NCBI GenBank assembly: GCA_964399065.1
Contig: CAYNPQ010000001.1
Location: 8,717 to 72,716 of the forward strand
DNA: 64,000 nucleotides
From: an uncultured Treponemataceae bacterium
Lineage (GTDB): Bacteria; Spirochaetota; Spirochaetia; Treponematales; Rectinemataceae
Reading direction: 5' to 3'
Positions 17,667 to 25,717 of the stretch are shown here, piece after piece. The notes beneath the pieces are model-generated. The model was not told where the DNA came from and searched no databases. It worked only from the letters and a program-made list of their open reading frames with translations. How positions within the stretch are numbered: the first letter of the stretch is position 1; each line of letters begins with the position of its first letter. A program made the translations under genes and the position numbers.

Positions 17667-18749
17667 CTACTGGATCTTCAGGGTCGAGAGGGCGAGGATG
17701 GCGAAGATGCCGCCCAGGATCCAGAAGCGCGTCACCACCTGCGTCTCCTTCCAGCCCTTGAGCTCGAAGTGGTGGTGGATGGGCGCCATCTTGAAGAGGC
17801 GCCTGCCCTTGGTCAGCTTGAAGTACCCGACCTGCAGCACGTCCGAGAGGATCTCCATCATGAACACGCCGCCGATGACGAGGAGGAGGACCTCCTTCTT
17901 CACGATGAGCGACAGCACGCCGAGGGCGCCGCCCAGGGCCAGGCTCCCGACATCGCCCATGAAGACCTCGGCGGGATGGGAGTTGAACCAGAGGAAGCCC
18001 ACGCAGGCCCCGATGAGGGCCAGGTTGAAGACGGTGAGCTCGCCCGCGCCCTTTATGTAGGGTATTGCGAGGTAGGCCGACCAGTCGGCGCGGCCGGTCA
18101 CGTAGGTGATCGCCGAGAAGGCGATGAGGGCCATGATGACGAGGCCCGTCGCGAGCCCGTCGAGCCCGTCGGCGAGGTTGACGGCGTTGGACCAGTAGAC
18201 CACGTAGACCACCGCGATCGGGATCCAGGCGATCCCGAGGTCGATGACGGGGTACTTGAAGAAGGGCACGTAGAGCTTCGTCGTCTCGGGGTGGCCGAGG
18301 GAGCGGATCACGAGGGCCGCGGCCGAGGCCACGACCACCTGCAACCAGAGCTTGACCCAGGCCGGCACGCCCTTGGAGTTGCGGTACTTGATCTTGAGGA
18401 GGTCGTCGGCCAGCCCGATGAGGCCGAAGCCGAGGAGCGAGGCGAGGGCGATCCACACGTAGGCGTTCTTCAGGTCGCCCCAGAGGAGGACGGAGACCGC
18501 GACCGCGAGGATGATGAGGATGCCGCCCATCGTGGGCGTGCCCGACTTCGAGAGATGGCTCTCGGGGCCGTCGGTCCTGATCGCCTGGCCGAACTTGAGC
18601 ACGCGGAGCCGCTCGATGATGCGCGGCCCGAAGAGGAAGGCGATGAGGAGGGCGGTCACCGCCGCGTAGGCGGAGCGGAAGGTGAGGTAGCGGAAGACGT
18701 TGAAGGCCGAGAAATACTTGGTCAAGGGCACCAGCAGCTCGAGGAACAT
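17667..18749 (-). CDS. mraY: Phospho-N-acetylmuramoyl-pentapeptide transferase MraY
   Basis: 360 aa with PTMGGILIILAV, NAVNLADGLDGLATG and HHHFELKGW motifs. Confidence 0.95.
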   Translation of the reverse strand: MFLELLVPLTKYFSAFNVFRYLTFRSAYAAVTALLIAFLFGPRIIERLRVLKFGQAIRTDGPESHLSKSGTPTMGGILIILAVAVSVLLWGDLKNAYVWIALASLLGFGLIGLADDLLKIKYRNSKGVPAWVKLWLQVVVASAAALVIRSLGHPETTKLYVPFFKYPVIDLGIAWIPIAVVYVVYWSNAVNLADGLDGLATGLVIMALIAFSAITYVTGRADWSAYLAIPYIKGAGELTVFNLALIGACVGFLWFNSHPAEVFMGDVGSLALGGALGVLSLIVKKEVLLLVIGGVFMMEILSDVLQVGYFKLTKGRRLFKMAPIHHHFELKGWKETQVVTRFWILGGIFAILALSTLKIQ

Positions 18750-18764
18750 CCATCCCCTCCCGAC

Positions 18765-20198
18765 TCAACCAGCGTGGCCGTGCGCGTCGGCGCCGGCCGG
18801 GATCCCGGGCAGCCCCTCGGCCGCCCTCCAGAGGGCCATCCCCCTCGAGGCCTTGAGGAGGACGAGGTCCCCGGGCCGCGAGAAGGAGCGAAGGGAGGCG
18901 CGGAGGCGGTCGATGTCGGTCTCGAAGACCATGAGGCCCTTGAAGCCCCCCTCGCGCGCCGCCTCGAAGGCCGGCCTCGCCTCCTCGCCGAAGAAGAAGA
19001 GCGCCTCGGCCTTCGAGGCGCCGGCCCTGACGCCGGCGGCTCGATGCTCGGCCTCGGACTCGGGGCCGAGCTCGAGCATCGAGCCCAGGACGTAGATCCG
19101 CCTGCCGGGCCACTCGAGGTCGTCGCAGAGGGCCAGGGCCGCGGCCATGCTGTCGGGGTTCGCGTTGTAGCAGTCGCGCACCAGGGTCAGCTCTCCCCGG
19201 ATGATCTCGGAGCGGCCGAAGAGGGGACGCGCGGAGCCCAGCCCCTCGACGATGTCGCCCGCCGGGACCCCTACCCGGGCGGCCAGGGCGGCCGCGGCGA
19301 TGCCGTCGAGGAGATTGTGCCTCCCCGCGAGGGGGAAGCGGAACCGGAGGCCCTCCCAGTCGATCTCGTAGCCCTCCAGCCCCAAGGCCCGCGCGCCCCG
19401 GAAGCCCCTCGTGCTCCGGGGGCCGAATTCAAGCATCACGCCCCGCACGCCCTCCTCGAGGAAGGCTCGGTAGTCGTCGTCCTCCCAGACGAAGCCGACC
19501 TGCCTCCCGTCGAATTTCGAGAAGACCGATTTTTTTTCCTCGGCTATCTTGTCGCGCGAGCCGAGAATCCCGATGTGGGCAGTCCCGACGTTGGTTATGA
19601 GGGCGATGTCGGGCTCGTAGACGGAGGCCAGCTCGGCCATCTCGCCCTTCCGGTTCATGCCCATCTCGAAGATGCCGACCTCGTGGCCGGCGGCGAGCGA
19701 GAACATCGAGAGGGGCAGGCCGATGTCGGAGTTGAGGTTCCCCTCGTTGACCGCGACCGAGCGCGAGCGGCCGATGATCGCCGCGGCGCACTCCTTGGTC
19801 GTGGTCTTGCCCGAGGAGCCCGTGATGCCGATGCGGAGGAGCCGGGGGAAGCGGCGCCGGTAGTCGCGGGCGAGGGATTGCAGGGCCGCGAGGGTGTCGG
19901 GCGCGAAGAGGAGGGCGGCGCCGCGGGAGGCCGCGAGGCCGCCGGCGGCCGACAGCACCTGCCCGCGCCGGTCGGCCCGCGCGAGCACCGCGGAGGCGCC
20001 GGCCTCGAGGGCGGCGACGATGTAGTCGTGGCCGTCGACCCGCTCACCGGGCAGGGCCACGAACAGCGCGCCCGGCCCGGCCTTGCGCGAGTCGGCCGCG
20101 ACGGTCTCGACTCGGGCCTCGGGAGCGCCGACGAGGGCGGCCCCGGCGGCGGCGGCCGCGGCCCCGGAGAGGTACAGGGGCTCGGCCCGCTCAGCCAT
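18765..20198 (-). CDS. murF: UDP-MurNAc-tripeptide--D-Ala-D-Ala ligase MurF
   Basis: 477 aa. Mur ligase P-loop ITGSSGKTTTKE and NVGTAHIGILGS. Sits upstream of mraY. Confidence 0.9.
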   Translation of the reverse strand: MAERAEPLYLSGAAAAAAGAALVGAPEARVETVAADSRKAGPGALFVALPGERVDGHDYIVAALEAGASAVLARADRRGQVLSAAGGLAASRGAALLFAPDTLAALQSLARDYRRRFPRLLRIGITGSSGKTTTKECAAAIIGRSRSVAVNEGNLNSDIGLPLSMFSLAAGHEVGIFEMGMNRKGEMAELASVYEPDIALITNVGTAHIGILGSRDKIAEEKKSVFSKFDGRQVGFVWEDDDYRAFLEEGVRGVMLEFGPRSTRGFRGARALGLEGYEIDWEGLRFRFPLAGRHNLLDGIAAAALAARVGVPAGDIVEGLGSARPLFGRSEIIRGELTLVRDCYNANPDSMAAALALCDDLEWPGRRIYVLGSMLELGPESEAEHRAAGVRAGASKAEALFFFGEEARPAFEAAREGGFKGLMVFETDIDRLRASLRSFSRPGDLVLLKASRGMALWRAAEGLPGIPAGADAHGHAG

Positions 20199-20481
20199 CG
20201 CTGCGCCCCTTGGGATTCTTGGACACGTCGACCCTGAGCCGCCTGGAGGCGGCCGCCTTCTCGAGGCCGAGGGATTTCGCGAGGGACGCGGCCCGCTCCC
20301 TGCTCGAAAGCACGGCGATCCCCGCCTCGAGCTTCTCGTTCTCGCGGAGCCACTCCTCCTGGAGCGACTCGAGCCGGCGGGCCTCGGCGGCGAGGGCGGA
20401 ATAACGCGTCGCCTGCCAGACCGCGGCGGCGAGCACGAGGGGCAGGGAGAGTACCGCGACGAAGGCGAGCCTTTTCCTCAT
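20191..20481 (-). CDS. ftsL: Small bitopic coiled-coil division protein, FtsL-like
   Basis: 96 aa. N-terminal TM (LAFVAVLSLPLVLAAAVW) then a coiled coil (LAAEARRLESLQEEWLRENEKLEAGI). Occupies the slot between rsmH and murF. Confidence 0.55.
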   Translation of the reverse strand: MRKRLAFVAVLSLPLVLAAAVWQATRYSALAAEARRLESLQEEWLRENEKLEAGIAVLSSRERAASLAKSLGLEKAAASRRLRVDVSKNPKGRSDG

Positions 20482-21485
20482 CGAGACCGATCCTTTCGAG
20501 CGCCGGCCGCGGACTCCGCGGTCGCGGGACCCTCCTTGCGGAGGACGCGCAGCTTGGCGCTCCGGGAGGCCGGGTTCCTGGCGACCTCCTCCTCGGAGGG
20601 CTCGACCGGCTTCTTCGTCAGGATCGAGAATGAGGCCGATCCCCCCTCACGAGGTATCGGCCGATCCGCGGCCCGAGTCGAGTCCGCGGCGCCCTCGGGG
20701 AGCTTCCCGGCGAGCTCGCGGAAGAGGTTCTTCACGATCCGGTCCTCGAGGGAGTGGAAGGAGATGACGGCGAGGGTCCCGCCGGGCTCGAGGAGTGAGG
20801 CGGCGAGGGCGATGCCCCTGCGCGCCCTCCCGAGCTCGTCGTTGACCGCGATGCGGAGGGCCTGGAAGGTCCTCGTGGCGGGATGGATCCGGCCGTGGCG
20901 GTAGGACGGCGGCACGGCCGAGCGCACGATCTCGGCGAGCCGGCTCGCGGTCTCGATCGGGCCGGAGCGCCTCGCCTCGACGATGGCGCGCGCGATCCTC
21001 CGGGAGAGCCGCTCCTCGCCGTATTCGAAGATGACACGGGCGATCTCCTCCTCGCGCCCGGAGGCGAGGAACTCGGCGACGCTCATCGGCGCGTCGGGCG
21101 AGAGCCGCATGTCGAGGGGCTCCTCGGCGGAGAGGCTGAAGCCGCGGCCGGCCTCCACGAAGTGGAACATCGAGACGCCGAGGTCGAAGAGGACGAGGTC
21201 GGGGCTCCCCGGCAGGGCGCCCGGCGAGGCGAGGACCTCGTCGAAGTAGCCGAGCCGGAACTGCATCCGCTCCCCGAAGGAGGCGAGGCGCTCGCGCGCC
21301 TTGGCCTGAATCCGCGGATCGGCGTCCACGCCGACGTAGCGGAGCCCCGGATGGCGGGACAGGAAGGCCTCGGCGTGGCCGCCCTCGCCCAGGGTGCAGT
21401 CGAGCATCAGGCAATCGAGCCGGGGCGGCTCGAGGCAGGACAGGACCTCCCCGAGCATCACCGGAACGTGGACGACTTCCGCCAC
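20478..21485 (-). CDS. rsmH: 16S rRNA (cytosine1402-N4)-methyltransferase RsmH (MraW)
   Basis: 335 aa with HVPVMLGEVLSCL, DCTLGEGGHAEAFL and SFHSLEDRIVKN. Confidence 0.95.
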   Translation of the reverse strand: MAEVVHVPVMLGEVLSCLEPPRLDCLMLDCTLGEGGHAEAFLSRHPGLRYVGVDADPRIQAKARERLASFGERMQFRLGYFDEVLASPGALPGSPDLVLFDLGVSMFHFVEAGRGFSLSAEEPLDMRLSPDAPMSVAEFLASGREEEIARVIFEYGEERLSRRIARAIVEARRSGPIETASRLAEIVRSAVPPSYRHGRIHPATRTFQALRIAVNDELGRARRGIALAASLLEPGGTLAVISFHSLEDRIVKNLFRELAGKLPEGAADSTRAADRPIPREGGSASFSILTKKPVEPSEEEVARNPASRSAKLRVLRKEGPATAESAAGARKDRSR

Positions 21486-21519
21486 GGCCGAATACCGACT
21501 CCCCCGGCGCCTCCCGGCG

Positions 21520-21963
21520 CTAGAGAGTCAGCCCTCCCAGTTCTTCGGCCGCGGCGAGGAATTCGGACTCGTTCGCCTCGAGGTACTTCCGGTACGCCTC
21601 GGCGTCCCAGATCTCGATGTACTTGGTGATCCCCAGGATGACGCATTCCTTCGAGAGCCCCGCGAACTCGCGGAGGCTCTGGGGGATGGCGATCCTCCCG
21701 AGCTTGTCGACCTCGACCTCCTGGGCGGGAGCGAGGATGCGCCGCTGCACGAGCCGGGCCCGCGCGGCGAAGAGGCTCGTCGACTCGATGAGCTTCTTGG
21801 AAAGGGCATTCCACTGTTCCGGGGCGAAGAGCCAGAGACAGGCGTCCACGCCTTGGGTCAGGACGAATTCATTCCCGCAGAGCTCTCCCCTGAGCTTCGC
21901 GGGAAGAGAAATTCGTCCTTTCTCGTCCAGGGTGTTCCTGAACTCTCCGGTTAACAGGTTCAT
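21520..21963 (-). CDS. mraZ: Transcriptional regulator MraZ
   Basis: 147 aa with MNLLTGEFRNTLDEKGRISLPAKLR and a second AbrB-like half (VEVDKLGRIAIPQSLRE). Confidence 0.95.
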   Translation of the reverse strand: MNLLTGEFRNTLDEKGRISLPAKLRGELCGNEFVLTQGVDACLWLFAPEQWNALSKKLIESTSLFAARARLVQRRILAPAQEVEVDKLGRIAIPQSLREFAGLSKECVILGITKYIEIWDAEAYRKYLEANESEFLAAAEELGGLTL

Positions 21964-21964
21964 G

Positions 21965-21998
21965 CCACTAGTTCCTACGTTTTACCACTTTTTCCCAC
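21965..21998 (-). promoter_or_regulatory. Putative MraZ operator: four direct GTGG-type boxes at exact 10-bp spacing
   Basis: Minus strand reads GTGGG(21998) aaaaa GTGGT(21988) aaaac GTAGG(21978) aacta GTGGC(21968) ATG. This matches the 10-bp periodic TGGG/GTGG repeats described for MraZ operators. Confidence 0.55.
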
Positions 21999-22004
21999 CA
22001 CAAC

Positions 22005-22035
22005 TTTATAGTATCCCTGCCCCGAGCACTGTCAA
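22005..22035 (-). promoter_or_regulatory. Sigma-70-type promoter candidate for the dcw cluster (TTGACA-N19-TATAAA)
   Basis: Minus strand has TTGACA (22035..22030), a 19-nt spacer and TATAAA (22010..22005), directly upstream of the GTGG boxes. The spacer is longer than optimal. Confidence 0.4.
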
Positions 22036-22216
22036 CGAAAGCTTTTTCAAAAAGAATCGACAGAAACTGTTTTTTAGCGCATTTATCTTTACGCGTGTTT
22101 AGTGCTTTTTCCGGAAGCATTTTATAGAAGAAAGGTGAAAAAGGGTGGAGGCAGCGGTTGTAGAATCCGGTGAGGCTGCGAGATATGCCGAGTTCTGTCT
22201 ATGCTACACTTGAGGA

Positions 22217-22477
22217 ATGACGACCTATGAGTACTATATCGTCTTTCCCGAGGGGGAGGAGCAGGAGATCCAGGCCCGTCTCCAGATCGACGAGCTCGTC
22301 GACCTCAACGGTAGCCCCCTCGCCCTCCCCCTCCCCACTGCCCGGATGATCGCCTACCGCGTCGTGAGGATCCGCCATTCGGAGGACCGGGGCGTCTACG
22401 CGATCCGGCACTACGTCGAGCTCGTTCCCGCCCGGGAGCTCATCTCTTTCGTAGGCGCGGGGAGGCAGTATACCTAG
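22217..22477 (+). CDS. Hypothetical 86-aa protein
   Basis: MTTYEYYIVFPEGEEQEIQARLQIDELVDLNG... G/C-ending codon preference like neighbouring genes. 3-nt gap to the lipase gene. No family recognised. Confidence 0.5.
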   Translation: MTTYEYYIVFPEGEEQEIQARLQIDELVDLNGSPLALPLPTARMIAYRVVRIRHSEDRGVYAIRHYVELVPARELISFVGAGRQYT

Positions 22478-22480
22478 GAT

Positions 22481-23536
22481 ATGGAACAGCTGACCCTTCT
22501 CCTGTCATTCATCGCCCTCGCGGGCTTCTGGCATACGGAACCCGGGAAGGTGAGCGAGGCGGTCGTCGAACTCATGGCGAGGATGCAGCCGAGGCAGGAG
22601 CTGGTCTGGGGGCCGGCCCTGCGCATGCCCCTCACGGACCGCTCCGGGAAGGCCATCCTCCGGAGCGACGCCTTGGTCTTCATCAGCCGCGACCGTGATA
22701 CGGGGGAATACTGCGTCGTCTTCAGGGGCACGAACCCCGTCTCGTCCATGGAGTGGCTCTTCCAGGATTTCAAGGTCCGCGAGCAGGTCCCGTGGCGGAG
22801 GATCAGCCCGGGCCGGGCCCCCGAGGAGGCGTCGATCTCCGAGGGCGCGGCCGCGGCCCTTTCCCTGAGGCTCGGCCTCAGGCCGGAGGAGAGCGTCGCC
22901 GGCGCGGGGACAAGCCTCGCCGAGGCCCTCCTCGACATCGCGGAGCGACGCGAGGCGCCCTGCGGCCTGACCTTCACCGGGCATAGCCTCGGGGGGCTCC
23001 TCGCCCCCTTGGCCGCCCTTTGGCTGGTGGAGCGTCTCGAGGCCGAGGGCGGGAGCGCCCCCCTGCCACGGATCGAGGCTTGGACCTACGCCGCCCCGAC
23101 CGCGGGGAACCGCGCCTTCGCCGCCTACCTCGATGCGAGGCTGCCCGGGCATCGCCGCTACGCGAATGCCCTCGACCTGGTGCCCCGGGCCTGGGAGGAA
23201 GAGGCGATGGCCTCCCTCCCCTCTCTCTACGGCCCCGACATCGGCCCGCAGCCCGTCGCCCGCTCCATGCTGCGCCTCGGCGCGCGTCTCGCGAAGGGCG
23301 GGGACTATGCCCAGCCCGGCGATGCCCTGCCCGTCCCGGCCGAGGTCATTCCCGTGCTGGGCGGCCTCTACCTCCTCGAGGCGGCCTACCAGCACTGCGG
23401 CCCCTACCTCGACCTCCTCCCGCCCGAAGATAAGGCGACGATCCTGCGCGAGATCTACGAGCCCCTCGTCGAGCTCGTCTCCGTGAAGGGCCTCAGGCCC
23501 GTGGAGCTCCGGACACTCTTCCGCGCCGGGCGCTGA
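22481..23536 (+). CDS. Class 3 (fungal-type) lipase family protein
   Basis: 351 aa with CVVFRGTNPVSSMEWLFQDF and the nucleophile elbow LTFTGHSLGGLLA. Confidence 0.8.
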   Translation: MEQLTLLLSFIALAGFWHTEPGKVSEAVVELMARMQPRQELVWGPALRMPLTDRSGKAILRSDALVFISRDRDTGEYCVVFRGTNPVSSMEWLFQDFKVREQVPWRRISPGRAPEEASISEGAAAALSLRLGLRPEESVAGAGTSLAEALLDIAERREAPCGLTFTGHSLGGLLAPLAALWLVERLEAEGGSAPLPRIEAWTYAAPTAGNRAFAAYLDARLPGHRRYANALDLVPRAWEEEAMASLPSLYGPDIGPQPVARSMLRLGARLAKGGDYAQPGDALPVPAEVIPVLGGLYLLEAAYQHCGPYLDLLPPEDKATILREIYEPLVELVSVKGLRPVELRTLFRAGR

Positions 23537-23583
23537 ACGGGGGGAAAGCCTGGTCTCGTTCAACGCGCGACGAGGGGCCGCCG

Positions 23584-25083
23584 CTACTGCTTGATCTTCT
23601 CCTTGAGCGCGGGCATCGAGAAGCCGTAGGCGTCCTTGAGCTCGCGCAGGGGCTTGTCCACGGGCAGGTCGGCGGGGAGGCCGAGCTTGGCGATGACCGC
23701 GGCCTCGCTCGCCTTGAGGGCCGCGGCCACGTCCTTGACGCTCATCGTGCCCTCGAGGGCGAAGTCGGCCGGCACGACGAGGGCCGCGGTCGCCGGCGCG
23801 GCGGCGGGCTTCGCGGCGGCGGGCGCGGGGGCCGCGGCGGCGGGCTTCGCGGCCGGCGCAGGAGGAGTGGCGGCCGGAGCGGCCGTCTCCTTGCCTCCTT
23901 CGGCGGCGGGCATCGCGCCCTTCTCCCCGGCGTAGGGGACGCCGAGGATCTTCGCGACCGCGACGCGGACCGCGTCGGCCTCGAAACCGTCGATGCCGGC
24001 GAGCTTGCCCGTGTCCTTGAGCATGGTCGCGGGCGGCACCTTGGCCGCGTCGAGGCCGAGCTCGCGATAGAGCCGCTCGAGCTCGATCCCGAAGGACTGG
24101 GCCACGGCCTCGTAGGTGGAGGAGCCCTTGATGTCCTCGACCTTGAGCGTGCCGGCGAGGGCCTGCTCGCTCAGGGACTTGGCGGAGAAGCGCAGCATGC
24201 CGGCGGCCTGTCCGACGAGTGCCGCGGCCAGGTAGATGGCGAGGCCGATCGCGACGATGGTCCCGGCTTTCAGCGCCTTCTTGCCGAGGGTCGGGGCGAG
24301 GGTGGCCTTCTTCGTGGGGCAGGCGGTCACGCACTCCATGCAGCCGATGCACTCGGGGGAGGATACGGAGTCGGCATGGGAGACGTCGACGTTCATCGGG
24401 CAGACCTTGTCGCACTTGGAGCAGGAGATGCAGGTCGGGGCGTCTCGCTTGATGCGGAAGAGGGGGATCCTGCCCAGGATCGCGTTGAAGGCCCCCAGGG
24501 GGCAGAGGTACTTGCAGAAGGCCCGCTCGTACAGGATCGAGAGGAGGAGCACGAGGACGAGGATGACGAGGCCCACCGCGAACTCGGCCCAGACCGCCGC
24601 CAGTCCCGCTGAGAGATGGCCGTAGGCCGCGAGGGGGTCGTAGGGCCTGATGACGAGCTCGCCCGCGCGCCAGGTGAAGTAGACGACCGCGGCGAGGACG
24701 AGGTATTTCGCGTAACGCAGGACGGAGTCGAGCCGGCGCGGGACCTCGAGCCGCCTGCGGATGAGCTTCCTGCCGAGCCAGCCGAACACTCCCTGCAGGG
24801 CGCCGAAGGCGCAGAGCCAGCCGCAGTAGAAGCGCGAGAGCACCACGCCGAGGACGAGGATCGCGCCGAGGAGGACGATGTTGCCCGGCTCGATCTTCTT
24901 GATGAACTCGCCCCCCGCCACGTACTTCATGAGGGTCTCGAGCCCGCCGAAGGGATCGAGGGCGTCGATCGAGGGGATGCCCTGCAATCGCTGGTGCAGG
25001 ACGGTGAGGACGGTCAATCCGACGAGGGTGACGCCGAGGGTGATTCGGCGGGCGATCTGGACCGGCGCAAGCTTGGTCGCCAT
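23584..25083 (-). CDS. Membrane-bound 4Fe-4S polyferredoxin (NapH/MauN-like) with a duplicated C-terminal soluble extension
   Basis: 499 aa with several TM helices. Cys motifs CGWLCAFG and CKYLCPLGA, and ferredoxin motifs CISCSKCDKVCP and CIGCMECVTACP. The C-terminus has an Ala/Pro linker between two related repeats of about 65 aa. Confidence 0.8.
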   Translation of the reverse strand: MATKLAPVQIARRITLGVTLVGLTVLTVLHQRLQGIPSIDALDPFGGLETLMKYVAGGEFIKKIEPGNIVLLGAILVLGVVLSRFYCGWLCAFGALQGVFGWLGRKLIRRRLEVPRRLDSVLRYAKYLVLAAVVYFTWRAGELVIRPYDPLAAYGHLSAGLAAVWAEFAVGLVILVLVLLLSILYERAFCKYLCPLGAFNAILGRIPLFRIKRDAPTCISCSKCDKVCPMNVDVSHADSVSSPECIGCMECVTACPTKKATLAPTLGKKALKAGTIVAIGLAIYLAAALVGQAAGMLRFSAKSLSEQALAGTLKVEDIKGSSTYEAVAQSFGIELERLYRELGLDAAKVPPATMLKDTGKLAGIDGFEADAVRVAVAKILGVPYAGEKGAMPAAEGGKETAAPAATPPAPAAKPAAAAPAPAAAKPAAAPATAALVVPADFALEGTMSVKDVAAALKASEAAVIAKLGLPADLPVDKPLRELKDAYGFSMPALKEKIKQ

Positions 25084-25174
25084 GGATCCTCCTTGGGAAC
25101 TCTACTTGGGGTTACGCTCCGGCGCCTCGCCGGACACGACGGTCCTGTTCAGAACAAGACCGACGGTATTTATA

Positions 25175-25190
25175 TGCATTTTCCGTGCCA
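25175..25190 (-). promoter_or_regulatory. Sigma-54 (RpoN) -24/-12 promoter candidate
   Basis: Minus strand TTGGCACGgaaaATGCAt. TGGCACG-N4-(A)TGCA matches the TGGCACG-N4-TTGCW consensus with correct GG/GC spacing. About 90 nt upstream of the polyferredoxin ATG. Confidence 0.5.
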
Positions 25191-25202
25191 ACCAAAACCC
25201 GC

Positions 25203-25230
25203 TTGCATATATCCCTATTTCCCCTATATA
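25203..25230 (+). promoter_or_regulatory. Weak sigma-70-type promoter candidate (TTGCAT-N16-TATATA) for the VOC gene
   Basis: Hexamers at 25203..25208 and 25225..25230 in an AT-rich divergent intergenic region. Confidence 0.3.
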
Positions 25231-25320
25231 GCATTATTGAAAGCGCAGAAAATGCAAGGCCGAGGGCCTGGGAGCGGGAAAGCAATTCCCCCGAGGTGAA
25301 AAAATTACCCGCGCCGGGAG

Positions 25321-25692
25321 GTGCACATGAGTTTCTGCTGGGTCACGATCAACGTCATGGACATGGAACGCTCGCTGGCCTTTTACAGGGAGGTCGTCGG
25401 GCTCGCCCTGAACCGGCGGATGAAGCCGATGCCCGGGACCGACATCGCCTTCCTCGGCTCGGGCGACACCGAGGTCGAGCTCATCCGCAACGAGAAGGCT
25501 ACGTCCTGCTCCTACGGCAAGGATGTATCGCTCGGCTTCAAGGTCGATTCCCTCGAGAAGACGATCGAATTCCTCAAGGAGAAGGGCGTGCCCGTCCAGT
25601 CGGGGCCTTTCCAGCCGAGTCCGACGGTCAGGTTCCTGTACGTCCTGGACCCGGACGGCATGAGGATCCAATTCGTGGAGGACGTCAAGTAG
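25321..25692 (+). CDS. VOC family protein (glyoxalase I / lactoylglutathione lyase-like)
   Basis: 123 aa with WVTINVMDMERSLAFYREVVGL, GDTEVELI and FLYVLDPDGMRIQFVE (beta-alpha-beta-beta-beta modules). The start may be ATG 25327. Confidence 0.85.
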   Translation: MHMSFCWVTINVMDMERSLAFYREVVGLALNRRMKPMPGTDIAFLGSGDTEVELIRNEKATSCSYGKDVSLGFKVDSLEKTIEFLKEKGVPVQSGPFQPSPTVRFLYVLDPDGMRIQFVEDVK

Positions 25693-25717
25693 GGCTTTCC
25701 TTCGTCGCTTCCGTTTG

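Noticed and set aside
16330-20237. 927-aa (minus, 16330..19113) and 996-aa (plus, 17247..20237) ORFs over ftsW-mraY-murF.
   Set aside because: They are Arg/Pro/Gly-rich alternate or antisense frames of genes with clear FtsW, MraY and MurF motifs. No motif content of their own.
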